A DNA stretch of 64,000 nucleotides from Eledone cirrhosa (Eukaryota). A program made the position numbers and the translations under genes. Shown here one piece after another: positions 1 to 14,768 of the stretch (its first letter is position 1; each line of letters begins with the position of its first letter). The notes under the pieces are model-generated. The model searched no databases. It was not told the DNA's origin and saw nothing but the letters and a program-made list of their open reading frames with translations. Where the stretch lies: positions 50,592,001-50,656,000 of the forward strand of contig OZ024750.1 in NCBI GenBank assembly GCA_964016885.1, written 5' to 3'.

Positions 1-165
1 AAAAGTTCATTGATAATAAATAAACAACCAACCGGTTATTATACTAACCAACTGGAAATGTGTAATAAATCGAAGTGAAAACCAACAGGTACGTGTGTTT
101 TTATTGGCAGCATGACCCGCCCAAAGCATAACAATATCTGCTTCAACACACGTTTTCAGATAAGA
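1..165 (+). mobile_element. PLE pseudo-LTR fragment, same family as 21780-22945
   Basis: gtgtgtttttattggcagcatgacccgcccaaagcataacaatatctgcttcaacacacgttttcagataa matches 22900-22950 (+) and 21780-21860 (-). Confidence 0.65.
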
Positions 166-954
166 AATCTTGCAAAACAAACACAAAAATGAAGTGGATA
201 TATATTATCGGAATATTTTATACTAGCAGAGAAACTTTCCATGCTGTCAGCTTTCGCATTTCTGTGTATATGTTTTAGTAACTCACTGTATTTTGTAGCA
301 GACGATATTCAATTGGCGTCAGACGCCATATTTGATATATTCAGGTGAATATGGCCAGACTCAACTCAAACTTGCTAACCTATATTTCATGAAATATAGG
401 TTATTATCTTGAAATACAGGTTAATGAATTCAGGTTCAGGAAGGCAGTGAATATTTATATATATATAGAGAGAGAGAGAGAAAATTGAGGTTGGTAATGG
501 CACATGGAATATATAAGAGACAGAATACTTTTTTGTGAAAAAACATATAATTTTATAAGGTAAGGAAATAATAAAGAGTATAAAAAATGACCGGTTTCGA
601 TGGGTCTGCAAAAGCCATCTTTTCAAATGTTGATTAATATTAAGAAAAATTAATAATAAGAAGAGTTAAAATTTGAGATTTGAAAATTCAAGTATACAAT
701 TCATTGTGGTCTTTAATAGTTTTCATCTTGGTAGCAGCTCGTTTAGCAGCTCGTTGACTGCTGGGTGCCTTTCTGGTAGTGAATAAGAAGTTATTTGGCG
801 GTGTGGGTTATTTTATAAAGGTCAAATTTAGCAATGGCCAGATGGCCAGCTGCTGGTCAGTGAGTGGGTGGAAGCAATATACATACATATATCTTCCTGT
901 GGTAGGTAGGAGAGGGGAGATTGATAGAAAGGGATTTAGTGCACTTACACCTAT

Positions 955-1002
955 ATATACACACATACCTTCATCCACACATACATACATATACATATAC
1001 AT

Positions 1003-1052
<50 letters not shown>

Positions 1053-1198
1053 ATACATATACACACGTACATACACACACACATACATATATATACACAC
1101 ACACACATACACACACACATATATGCACATACACACACATATATATATATACACACACACACATATATATATATACATACACATACATCCAGATACAC

Positions 1199-1229
<31 letters not shown>

Positions 1230-1504
1230 CCTATATATATATATGTGTACATACACATATATACACACATATACATACACATATATTTACACACACACCC
1301 TCACACATACATACACACACACACACACATGTATATACATACACACATACAAACACACACACACACACACATATATACACATACACACACATATATATAT
1401 ACACACACACACACATATATATATACACATACGCATACATCCAGATACACACATACATACACATACACACAGACACGCACACACAATACATACATCCACA
1501 TGCA

Positions 1505-1542
<38 letters not shown>

Positions 1543-1610
1543 CACATACATACACCCACACACAGAGAAATGGCCTCCAAATATATATATATACATACAC
1601 ATATATTTTT
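955..1610. repeat. Compound (AT)/(AC)/(ATAC) microsatellite with internal duplication
   Basis: Visible dinucleotide runs; the block around catccagatacacac occurs at ~1187 and ~1438. Confidence 0.95.
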
Positions 1611-1937
1611 TCCATAATATAAGAAGTTAGGACAGTGAAATTAAAATACAAGTCATTCTGATCACATTGAGTTCTTCATGTAGATTGGGCCCCGCAACCG
1701 ACAGTGGTGAATTCTGTGTGCGCATATATATATATATATATATAGATATGTGTGTGCACGTGCAGGGTTTAACATGGATGTGTTAGTCACACAAAGGCAT
1801 GGTCTGTCAACGAATAAACCTGATTCTACAGAATTGGTCTCTGGTCTTTAATAGTAGTGATAATTATATACATGTACACATACAAACACATATATCTGTC
1901 ACTCCGTGCGTATGTGTGTTTATATTTTATGACAATT

Positions 1938-2225
1938 CTATTGGGGTGATAACCCGTTTAGTTTTGGTTTAAATTTGTTAAGGAATAGATTTTCTTTGTT
2001 TATTCTTTGTTGCTGTGTGAACGAATCTGCGCACTTGTAGAAGGGGAAGATTTTAAAGTTGGGTAGTGTCAATCCTGCGCAGTTCGCAATATGGCTTCTC
2101 AAGGGGATTTTTCTTGTGCTAGCCTCCCGGATTTGTTGGCGGTGGATGGTCATTCTTTTGCGTAATGTGTTGCCCGTCTGTCCTATGTAGTTATGTTTGC
2201 ACCCACCGCAAGTTATTGCGTAAAT

Positions 2226-2228
<3 letters not shown>
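1938..2228 (-). mobile_element. PLE GIY-YIG endonuclease C-terminus (5' truncated at a (GA)n tract)
   Basis: LIYAITCGGCKHNYIGQTGNTLRKRMTIHRQQI...HIANC...KENLFLNKFKPKLN: IY-CxxC-YIGQT-R-H-E-N pattern. Confidence 0.9.
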
Positions 2229-2278
<50 letters not shown>

Positions 2279-2521
2279 GAGTGACAGACACACATGCAGG
2301 AATATATATATATATAATATATCTTATATACATAATATATATATATATATATACGGGGTAACAAATAATTGTTATATGCTGTCCACTTAGGTGTAGTCCA
2401 GTTATGGTACTCCGGCTAGTGGATGATATCAATGCTTGGCTAAGATTGACTCAACAAGGCGTTTCCGTAGTGATGCTGCGAGTACCCTGTAATTCCTATG
2501 TTGTGAATACTTGGAGTAATG

Positions 2522-4459
<1,938 letters not shown>

Positions 4460-4889
4460 TATACATTATATATATATATATATATGTGTATATATGATGT
4501 TATTGTTTGCTTGACGCATTGTATATAATATATAACGTTCAAAGAGATAGAAGGCTAATCAATGCAAAATGGACTGTAAGATGAGGTAACGAATAGTGAA
4601 AGTTACATCGTAATTTTTGTTTTGTTGTTGTTCTTTTGTCTATCCAATAATTCGAGACCTAAACGTCCCTTCATCAGGGTTTAAAGAACTTTCAGTGGAT
4701 AACGTTCCAATTTCCTTTCTTTGGGATAAAATATTGATTTATATTTACATTTTTTTCTAAGTCGTTTTCAAGCGTTTTTGGATGGTTACTTTCTACGTCA
4801 ATGACATCAATTGCCAATATAGCATTTCACGAAATCAATTATCTTTTCTGTATGAGATGTTCAGTTATGACTCTGTGGGCATGTCTTTT

Positions 4890-5044
4890 TATGTCAAGTA
4901 CTGTGTGCTGAATTCTAATCTAATATTCATTTGCGGGTTGAGTCTACATATGAGCAAGGCTTCCTTAATTATTAAGTTGCCCACATTTCTATCACTGGCT
5001 TTAATGGTAAGGGTAATGTGTTCGTTGGTGTTTCTACATTTGTC
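4890..5044 (-). mobile_element. PLE GIY-YIG extreme C-terminus
   Basis: Manual translation DKCRNTNEHITLTIKASDRNVGNLIIKEALLICRLNPQMNIRLEFSTQYLT*; homologous to 57190-57340 and 58510-58690. Confidence 0.8.
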
Positions 5045-5137
5045 AATATATATATATATATAATTGGTGTTGGATGCTTAAAGCTTCCGTATGCAGTAGG
5101 CCGTATGAGCACTCGATGCCCTCGTAGAGCCGAGTAT

Positions 5138-5388
5138 GATATCAAAGAAAAAGAGAGTCAGTGTTGCGACGAAAGGAATTTATTGAACATAATACAATTG
5201 TCTCGATTCTTGAAGCAGATTTTCCTATTAGGAAAATATGCTTCGTAGAATCGAGAAGTGTCCGAGGACCGTGCGATTTCAGAATCAGGTTTGATCACCA
5301 CATCGATCGTGCCTCGAGCTGGACGCCCGAGAAACAATTGTAATATGTCCAATAAATTCCTTTCGTCGCAACACTGATTCTTTTTTCT

Positions 5389-5395
<7 letters not shown>
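5138..5395. repeat. Inverted repeat (5138-5206 / 5328-5395), probable PLE pLTR fold-back
   Basis: cagtgttgcgacgaaaggaatttattg on both strands; GAAACAATTGTA stem III relic at 5331. Confidence 0.7.
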
Positions 5396-5441
<46 letters not shown>

Positions 5442-5669
5442 ACACTCACAACTATTTTAATAAAATCGAAATAATCTCAGAAATGTTTAATTGTATAATA
5501 CTGCTCATAAGATAGATGTTTAGGGGATTAATGATGCTGATATGAATCGCTAGTCTATCACTATCTTCATGAAACCCCCTTCATATCCTGGGGTAAGATT
5601 CCATTTTCTACTTTAAGAACGTAGATATAAATCAGTAAGTTAACCTTTGTCAGTTTCGACGATGCGTGT

Positions 5670-5930
5670 TAAAGCAGATCGATCAATGGAACAGCCAGGT
5701 CATTAAATTATCCTGCATGTGGCTGAGCTTTTCACAGTCACGTGTTGTATCTCGTTAATGAAATTCTCGGGGGGAATCAACGCGACATAATTTGTCACGA
5801 GTGTGGTCCTTTGAATTACGGAAACAGATCATGTGACAGGCTACCAAACACTTTTTATCTACCCAACGTTAATCGAAAACTATAATAAACGACTCATAAC
5901 CACTTGTCTAGGATGCTGTACAGTCGAATC
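5670..5930 (-). mobile_element. Degenerate SINE (second family)
   Basis: gatcaatggaacagcc...tgcatgtggctgagc...cctttgaattac body; a related + strand relic lies at ~52790-53060. Confidence 0.45.
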
Positions 5931-6643
5931 GATCGCGAACTTCTCGTTCGAATTATATGTATGTCATAAATGAGGTCTAGAGCTTTACTGATATACGTTC
6001 TCTTCTTAACTCATGACTTGTAAAGGCTCCAGAGTATCCTATGGCATTTCTTGGGCATTTAGAACCTGACAGGCCCATCTTCTCTCCAGGAGATTTCTTT
6101 CCCTTGAAGGGGTGAGAATGATAGAGAAGTAAGAAATAAATAGTATAGACGCCAGTACAGACCTGCTCCTTTTTTTATCGAACTCGAAAGGAAAAGAGAC
6201 AAAGGTAGCCTTGGTAAGTTTGAAATCAGAGCACAGAGATTGGAAACGATTACTATAAGCATTCGATCCGACGTTCTACCCATCTAATTTACATTGTTAC
6301 ATTGAATTAGCTATGAACCCAATTTCCACTACAATGTTGGATGAATAAAAAACTTAATCTGCTAAATATTATAATGTATCACATTTTTATCTATGCAGCA
6401 TATAATCTTCAGTTTCTGTTCACACTTGGAATGTTAGCACCTGATGCATCATTATTCAATGTTAAAAACTAATAGCTACTGATCTTTTTTACCTGAGTTA
6501 TTTAATTATATGCTTCTCTCCAATTTTGAAAAATATTATACTTATAGCTTTATCTATATAATTTTACAATTGTCATTATATATTTTCGAAAAGAGGTATG
6601 CATGGAGATCATGCGTCTCTGAGAGTATATCCTGGAACACACA

Positions 6644-6725
<82 letters not shown>

Positions 6726-7064
6726 CCTCTCTCTCTCTATCTATCGCTCTATCTCTCTATCTCTCTATCTCTCTCGGTCTTTTGACCATGACTAAGTGCG
6801 GCCAACGTGCTTGCGACAGGTTCAGAAAAGAACTCACAGCCTTCTTTAAAGGCTTCAACGTCTCTATATAGGTTGTTAATTACCTCGACATATATATATA
6901 TATGTGTGTGCGTGTATTTGTATACCTATGCTAGTGTTTTCGTATATGATTGTGTTTGTACGTATATGGATGCGTGTAAGTATTTGTTTAATTTCAATTA
7001 CCTCTGTATTTTATTTACTTTATTCTTAACTCTGAAGCCGAGAATCATTCGGTTTCCTAGTTAG

Positions 7065-7335
7065 AATTTTAGTCTACGACTTCAGTTATACCATTTACGT
7101 GGTTTTGTCTTTGCGTGCAATTGTTCACCACGCTCCACATATGACGTATTATCTTCGTTTTTTTCCGTTCAATGCCAGATAACTTCTCTCTGAACCACCT
7201 AGTAGAATATTAGTCTACGACTTCTTTTATACTATAAACATGGTTTTGTCTTTGCGTATAATTGTTTTTCACCGCTCCAAATAATGACGTATTATATTCG
7301 TTTTTTTCCCGTTCTTTGCCAGGGAACGTTTCCAC
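7065..7335. repeat. Tandem duplication, 2 x ~140 bp
   Basis: tagtctacgacttc...tggttttgtctttgcgt...atgacgtattat repeated at 7070 and 7211. Confidence 0.85.
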
Positions 7336-7532
7336 GAACCAAAGTATTGTCTTCCTGTCTTCCTCCGGTTGCAACGTTTTTTGAAATATTCACTTCTGCG
7401 TTCACAGATTGACTTTGTTAGTTTCAGAAGATCCCGTTAATGGTGAAAGCAGCGATTCTTTGCTTAAACTTTAATCTGTTATTTTAATAAATAATCTATA
7501 TATATATATACATTATATATATACATTATAAT

Positions 7533-7883
7533 AATAAATGGAAACAATATTTATAAAAGCATAATTATTTCAACGGCAACCAAGGCAAATTTCGGTGCGC
7601 TTTCATCAGATAAAATACAAAATTTGTTTTATAAATGTTGACGTACCCGCAGAAAGACAACCTTGACGGTTGAAGGTTCTCTGGATGTGTTCTCATCTAT
7701 CCCCAGGTATCATTATCCAGAGTACCTTCAACCGTCAAGGTTGTTTTTCCGCGGGTATGTCAACATATATAAAACAAATTTTGTATTTTATCTGATGAAA
7801 GGGCACCAAAATTTGCCTTGGTTGCCCTTGAAATATATATAATAAACTAATTATGGTTTTATAAATATAGTTTCCATTTATTA
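7533..7883. repeat. Fold-back inverted repeat of a PLE pLTR (7533-7686 / 7715-7883)
   Basis: caaccttgacggttgaagg / ccttcaaccgtcaaggttg etc.; ~28 bp spacer. Confidence 0.9.
7787..7846 (+). ncRNA. Minimal type I hammerhead ribozyme
   Basis: TTTAT-CTGATGA-AAGGGCA...TGCCCTT-GAAA-T(ATAT)A-TA-ATAAA. Confidence 0.85.
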
Positions 7884-8118
7884 ATATATTGAATATTTAC
7901 TCCAGTAACTTGTTGAGTGCTCTATATCAGTTATAAACATTTTAAGCTTGTTGAATCCCAACAAATAAAATATAACTTTTGCATATATATATATATATAT
8001 AGTAATAATAATAAATTTGAATACTAAAATCCAAAGAGGGCTCGATAAGGATAAATATATATCGGATATTTAAGAACCGTAGAGCAAATATTTATATATA
8101 AATATGTATATATAAATA

Positions 8119-8738
8119 TGGTGGCTGCCAACTCGATTTCGAGTACGGCCACTACTTTATATCCATATAGGAGAACCCCTACCGATGCGCTGAACGAGTG
8201 TGACTTTTTAGTCCAGCCAGCGACTTGAAAACTCTGGTACAAACACTACAGTTATTGACACCTAGTGCTGGGCCCATGGTACCATGTGACGACAAGTGCA
8301 GAGAGATCTCCAGATATAAAGCAATGCCTGTGCCGTGAAGCTTTTATAGTGAGCAAAGGCACTGCACAAACCAGTCCCACTCTCTTAACCAAGATGATAT
8401 TTACCAAAAAGAATAACAAGTCAACATCATTGGATACCATCAGGGTTGCAGGTGTTATATCAGAGTTTTCCTTCTCCTAGAATTCTGCCTTGACAAAGGC
8501 TAAGGGGTCTTCTCTCCCGGTGATTTTGGATGGCCATTGACTCTTAAGAGCTCCTTTGCCCTTTGACCTTTGACAGGTTTTGTTTTTAGTCCTGCAGGAT
8601 GTCCAAAGTCACCGTCGTCACCAAGAAACCTTGGTGGGGTTGCCAATTTAGTCACCAACGACCCGACCTTGAGACAGGTTGTACTGGGATACATGTTACC
8701 AGTAGCACAAACTGGTGACCTGACCATATCAATGGACA
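8119..8738 (-). mobile_element. Non-autonomous bipartite RTE-derived element (family A)
   Basis: High identity to 17323-17933, 44215-44607, 45692-46300; RTE 5' motif GGAGAAGGAAAACTCTGA plus RTE-type 3' end. Confidence 0.85.
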
Positions 8739-10418
8739 GCCTTCCACATGTCCCAGGTTATTTCATAATTTAATTAAACATGTAGTTTCTTACAGATTGC
8801 CTACATGTCAACCGAACTGTCGTCTATGCTTTTTGTACCGATTCTTCAGCCATTCAGTCAATTAAACAACATTCCAAACGATATTTCCATTTTCTTTATT
8901 TTCAAGTGTTTCTCTATTTTCATTATCGATATTTCTCTATTTTCACATTTTAATGAAAGATATCTGTAAACAAAACATACTCTTTTTGAATACCGTCTCA
9001 TTATTGATTGAAAGAGTTGACCACGTAAAATTATCCTCCATGTTAAACATCGACAAAACGGAATTTCACCATTAAGACTGCAGTCCTACCGAGTACTAAC
9101 ACCGTCCAAATGGACGGGGGACATTTGTTAGTTTACTATATAAGTCCTGTTCTGTCTGTGTGTAAAGTATTATAACTTGCGTATTGTTCACCTGTTCTCG
9201 CTAACATGTTACACCTTGCCAAAGGAGGATGCGAGACGTGTCAATAACTACTATTTATTGCATAATTGTTACTTTCAAAGTGATAATCGCCATTTTTCTA
9301 ATCCTTGTGTGACTTTGCTTTAAAAAATCACCATTAGAACTGCCGTAAGCAGGAACGCGGTTGAGAAAGAAAAGTAGAAAGTGCAGAGTAGAAGAGAGAG
9401 AGGGACAGAACAAGAAAGAGAGAATGTCTATAGGAGGGAAACAGCGACAGAAAGAAAGAAACAAAGAAAAAAGGGGAAGGGAAAGAGAGAGAGAGAAGGC
9501 TATCTGAGAGAAGGGACTGGCAAAAGAGAGAGAAAGAAGAGGCTGTGTCAGAGGGGAAAGAAAGAGAGAGTGAGACAGTAAGTAACCACATGTGAGAAGA
9601 GAAGCAGACAACAATATAAAATATTAAACACGATATTAGAAAAATATTTTTGCAATTATGACGATATTTTATATATGCATGCATGCATGCATAGATAAAT
9701 ATATACATATGTTTACAGGTATATTTATACATACATCGCCATTTTTCTAATCCTTATGGGACTGCATTCAAAATCTTCAATAGAAGTCCTAAATAAATAC
9801 ATACATATGTTTACAGGTATATTTATATATATATATCGCCATTTTTCTAATCCTTATGGGACTGCATTCAAAATCGTCATTAGAAGTCCTATAAACAGCA
9901 ACGAGGTAAATTTCTTTGATTTGATTTGTTTCAGATTTATTCAATTACAGATTTTCGTTGAGATCGAGTCCCGTTCTGTCTGAGTGTGTAAAGTATTATA
10001 ACTTGGGTATTATTCACCCGATCTCTTAAAATTTTACACATTGCTAAAGGAGGATGCGAGATGTTTTTATAAAAGAAACATAACCACTTTAAATGACGCT
10101 ATATGTTGTGTATTACAAGACTCTTTTATTAATTAGCACAGATGAACTGTAATACCTCTAGAACCTACAAGGTAGTCACGCATTGTACGCAATATTGTGA
10201 TTGCCGATGTCACGGAATATAGTTGCTGTAAGCGACAATTCCTTAACGACATAAACATAACATTTACAGCATTGCGTTTCAAAATTTCTTCTCGGTTATC
10301 AGTCAGTTTGTAATGATATTTATTGTATAGCACATTGAACATTTGCAGTAGGTTCTGTAGTATATCAGTCTCTGGTTGACAGTTAATATATATATATACA
10401 TATATATACATATATATA

Positions 10419-10577
10419 AGGTGGCTGCCAACTCGTTTTCGAGTACGGCCACTACTTTATATCCATGTAGGAGAACCCCTACCGATGCGCTAAACAAGTG
10501 TGACTTTTTAGTCCAGCCAGCTACTTGAAAACTCTGGTACAAACACTACACCTGTGACATATATATATATGTGTATG

Positions 10578-10617
<40 letters not shown>

Positions 10618-10883
10618 GGAGAGATGACCCCTTAGCCTTTGTCAAGGCAGAATTCTAGGAGAAGGAAAACTCTAATATAACACCTGCAACCCTGAGTGTA
10701 TCCAATGATGTTGACTTGTTCTTCTTTTTGGTAAATATCATCTTGGTTAAGGGAGTGTGACTGGCTTTGTGCAGTGCCTTTGCTCACTATAAAAGCTTAA
10801 CGGCACAGGTATTGCTTTATATCTGGAGATCTCTCTGCACTTGTCGTCACTTGGTGCCATGGGCCCAGCACTAGGTGTCAATA
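10419..10883. mobile_element. Family A copy, split and partly inverted across (TA)n
   Basis: 10419-10553 is the 3' end on -; 10614-10883 is the middle part on +. Confidence 0.85.
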
Positions 10884-11720
10884 ATGTATAAATATATATA
10901 TATACATACATGTTATTATGTGTTCCACATACTATGATTATAGGTGTGTATTTGCACTTATGTATTTGATCTTTTCATGGTAATCTTTTTTAAACGCGCT
11001 AATACTTTATTTTGGTTAAGTTTATTTTCGCTCTTATTAATCTATTGGATTAAGAGTACACACACAACATGTATTTATATACAACCTGTTTGTATGTAAC
11101 AAATTCCTCTCATTAGTTAGTCACCGATCGGACTGGGGCAATTGTAGGAGACACGCTGAGATCACATGGTTGCAAAAAGAAATTCTTAACCACACAGCCT
11201 TGCGAAAGCCTATACATTTCACATCTATCATTTTATATCTATCATCTATGTATTAGTATTGCCGCATTTGTGTGAGTTTATTTATTCGTATGATTAAATT
11301 AGTTTATGTAGTGAGTGATTATTGCGTATCAGCTGTTTTCTTCTTTTCATATTTACTCTAATCTTATTTTCATTGCTCTTGTTTGCGTGAATTTTTCTGT
11401 TTTTATATTTTACAGGTAGTAAAACATATTTCTCACTTTATTATTTCTCTCGTTTATTACTAACTCTAAACTCCTTCAGCGGAAATCCAATTACATAACG
11501 ACCTTTTTAATACAATGGATTATTCTATATTGTTGGTGATCTCTGCTTTTTCGGTAGCATTTATCCTATAAAATCTTTTAGTATTCTTCGAGTATATTAA
11601 TTTACCTTTTTTATTATTTTTTAATGATAACATTTGCTTAATGAGAAGTTATTTTTCATAATGTAACTTTATATGTTGCAGACGCCATTTACGCGTTCAT
11701 TATTTTCTACGGTCTCTAAG

Positions 11721-11910
11721 GGCGGTGGATTGGCAGTATCAGTAGAGGGTCGGACGCCCTGCATTCCAGCATAGTTACGTCCCTTTACGATCTGAGTTAA
11801 AATCCCGCCGAGGTTGACTTTGCTTTTCATCCTTACGGGGTCGATAAAATAAAGTACCAGTAATGCACTGGGTAATTGCTGGCCTTGTGCCTAAAGTAGA
11901 GACAATTATT
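11721..11910 (+). mobile_element. tRNA-type SINE (family B) with target-site duplication
   Basis: ggcggtggattggcagtatc...gagttaaaatcccgccgagg...cctaaagtaga; TSD ttattttctacggtctcta on both sides. Confidence 0.92.
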
Positions 11911-12014
11911 TTCTACGGTCTCTATATTCTTTGTGCATTCTTAGATTCGTTACATAGACAGTGAAAAACACTGCATATAATCCTAAACGGACGGTAGTCC
12001 GTTTAGTAATATTG

Positions 12015-12458
12015 TTGTGGTCGTGTTTTCGTTGGCAATCGTCTGTTTACGACAGTACAGCGCAGCTCTACTTTATTTAACTGAGATAAAACTTATATGA
12101 GCATGAACAGTAGATCATTACGCATCTTCTGGCTTAAAAATCTAGAAATTTGGTCCAGCCGGAAAACGTTTATAATCAAAGTTTGCTGATAAATCTTGTG
12201 TTCAAGTGAGTGAGTAGTAAGCGTGACGCTAGGGGAGGTAATCCAGAAATGACGACGTTTGGAAAAGTTTAATTACTGCATGAAAGAAATGATTCAAAAA
12301 TTGAACTTGCCCAATCTTCACACATTGAAAATTGGTCAAAATTTGACAAATCTGACTTCAAACCAGATATGATTCATTTGAACAATGTTGGAAATCTTAA
12401 ATTGACATACATTTTTGCCAATGTTTTTGCACCTGATCCTTGTTCTATGGCTGACTGA
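12015..12458 (+). pseudogene. Frameshifted SGNH/GDSL hydrolase-like relic
   Basis: Stitched frames: NIVVVVF/VGN...VQVSE/KRDARGGNPEM/RLEKFNYCMKEMIQKLNLPNLHTLKIGQNLT/SDFKPDMIHLNNVGNLKLTYIFANVF; block V DxxHLNxxG at 12366-12392. Confidence 0.5.
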
Positions 12459-12616
12459 CTAATTTTGTGACTTAATAAAATGTCATCATACTAGTAATGC
12501 ACAATGGTCATTTTTAATTTTAAATTTTATTAAATAGTTGTTGCTTGCATTGCCTTAAAATAGTAACAAGAATGTACACATACTTTTTAAAAATACATCA
12601 TTATCAGTCAAATCAG

Positions 12617-12976
12617 TCAAACGTCACTAAAAGCCAGGTGGTCGATAACAACTTCTATAAGATTAGTTTCATGTTCACACATTGGATCACCTCTCATCAA
12701 TGGCATTGGGTGTCTGAGATAATCGAGGAGATAACTGATGAAGTCACAAATGAAGTGATGGTCTTCCAGTGTGAACAACTCCCTATATCCATTGATATAT
12801 GTGATGGCTTCCGATTCATAGGTGCATTTTATGAGGAATTCCATGCATCCGATTTTCAGTGATTCAATGGGCATTTTATCAGAGATGATAAGGTATTTGA
12901 CCACGTTTTGCTTTGTAAGTAAATTGGAGAGAATCACTGCAGTCAAAGTCATTTCTTTGCATGGGTTTTTGTCCAT
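12617..12976 (-). CDS. Hypothetical 119 aa ORF of non-repetitive composition
   Basis: ATG start, no low complexity, minus-strand AATAAA downstream at ~12525; no family recognised. Confidence 0.35.
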   Translation of the reverse strand: MDKNPCKEMTLTAVILSNLLTKQNVVKYLIISDKMPIESLKIGCMEFLIKCTYESEAITYINGYRELFTLEDHHFICDFISYLLDYLRHPMPLMRGDPMCEHETNLIEVVIDHLAFSDV

Positions 12977-13254
12977 TCTAAAAAGTTAAAATGATAAAGT
13001 ATTACTACTATATAACTTACATCTATTGTTGTAACACCATTGAAATGCACATGTTTCACCAATTCACTATTATGCACTAATCATCTCAAATGCATTCATG
13101 ATTTACTAGCTTTGTCATTAAGCCAGTTGCCTCAACTAGATTGCAATTATACTCAAAAGAACTTTAAAATGTCAATCACTTGTCAGTAATTCACTATGAT
13201 CATTTAATTATTAGATAGTTGTTGCTTGCATTGCCTTAAAAAATAGTAGACAAG

Positions 13255-14342
13255 ATAGAAAAATGCGTACAGCAAAGAAAAGTAATATTGTTGGAATATA
13301 AACCTTTAAAAATACAGGACAAGAAACTGAAATAAAACTTTAAAAGAATAGGACAAGAAACTAAGATAAAACTTTAAAAGAATAGGACAAGAAACTAAGA
13401 TAAAACTTTAAAGAATTGGACAAGAAATAAAAAATGTTACAATAATATTTAGTGGCAAAATTGTTTTATTCGTTTCCTGTGCTATGCCCCAGTATCTTCT
13501 TGATTAGTGCATAATAATTGTCATGCTCTCATTGTGCGTTGCCCCTGAGCGGTTGGTTCTGGTTGGGGTTGGTTGGCTGAGCAGTTCTGCTCCGTCAGAA
13601 TGACCATTGCAAGAAGAATTGGCCGATGCAGCTGCAGGTCTCCTCCAAGAATGCACTTCTGGTCCCGCAACACCAGACGAAGATGGAGAAGACGACCGGG
13701 ACAAGATGTCGACTCTGACCACCGACTACGGCACCTCCCTCAACCACCGGTCCTCCCTCCCTCTGTCCCGTCATCCCTCCAGTCCTCCTGCTCCCCCTTC
13801 CTGTACCAGAAAGCTGTGGCACGCATTCATCTGGACTGCCGGACTTGAACTCAAGGACAAGATGCAAGGAGAAGATGGACGGGTTGGTCAAGATCAAGGA
13901 TGAACGGGACGACAAGACCGTCCGCTGCTGCTCAAGATCTGTGCTCATGGGCCCATGGGTCCATTCACATTATGGATGACACATGAGGCGTTTTGCCGAG
14001 TGATGAAATAGGGGTATGGTTATGGCCCAATTGGTGTTCAAACCAGGATCAAATGATCCCCCCGGTCTGACGACGACCTCTGAATGTGGAACCCAGAGCC
14101 TATGAATGTGGAACTCGATTTTTTACCAATAAAAATTTTGCCACTAATATTATTGTAAAATTGTTTATTTCTTGTCCAATTCTTTAAAGTTTTATCTTAG
14201 TTTCTTGTCCTATTGTTTTAAAGTTTTATCTTAGTTTCTTGTCCTCTTCTTTTAAAGTTTTATTTTAGTTTCTAGTCCTGTATTTTTAAAGGTTTATATT
14301 CCAACAATATTACTTTTTTTTGCTGTACGCATTTTTCTATCT
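13255..14342. repeat. ~215 bp inverted repeats, each with ~31 bp internal tandem units, flanking a GC-rich ~650 bp core
   Basis: 13255-13470 is the reverse complement of 14128-14342; unit aggacaagaaactaagataaaactttaaaagaat. Confidence 0.9.
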
Positions 14343-14768
14343 GGTTTATATTTTGTTTACAACTCATCAGTTTTTAACTATTATTTAATTGCTCTATATT
14401 TAGTGTCCTTTGTGTATCTTACATAATTCATTTACTATTTTGCATCTTATATCATTTATTTACTAGTTTACCATTTATATAGGTTTTTTTAAAACATTAC
14501 CCATTATTGTCATTTTCTCTAGGACTATTTTACCTAGGATTATGTTACTACAAGTATAGTTATTATCACAGTACTGAGCACATTATATTTTGTTTGTGTC
14601 GTTATACCTCGACACAGAAGCAGAAATAACATGGCTAGTTAGGAAGTTGTTAATACAGTGCATTAATGGAAGTGTAAAACTAATTAAAACAATTCAGAAA
14701 TTCAGCATGTAATAACGGCATATTCACATGTATATAAATGAATGTGTGTATATATATATATATATATA

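Noticed and set aside
387-780. Possible PLE N-terminal coding relic on the - strand
   Set aside because: Only vague similarity and no diagnostic motif
779-1651. Long His/Thr/Tyr/Ile- or Cys/Val-rich ORFs (also at 34.7-36.3 kb and 48-50 kb)
   Set aside because: Stop-free translations of dinucleotide and tetranucleotide microsatellites, not genes
4645-4682. Further CTGATGA hits (4671-, ~32650-, ~49375-)
   Set aside because: GAAA/stem III or stem pairing broken; at most dead hammerheads, not counted
11721-11810. tRNA gene
   Set aside because: A/B-box head continues into a conserved body and AT-rich tail with TSDs in about 11 copies, so it is a SINE
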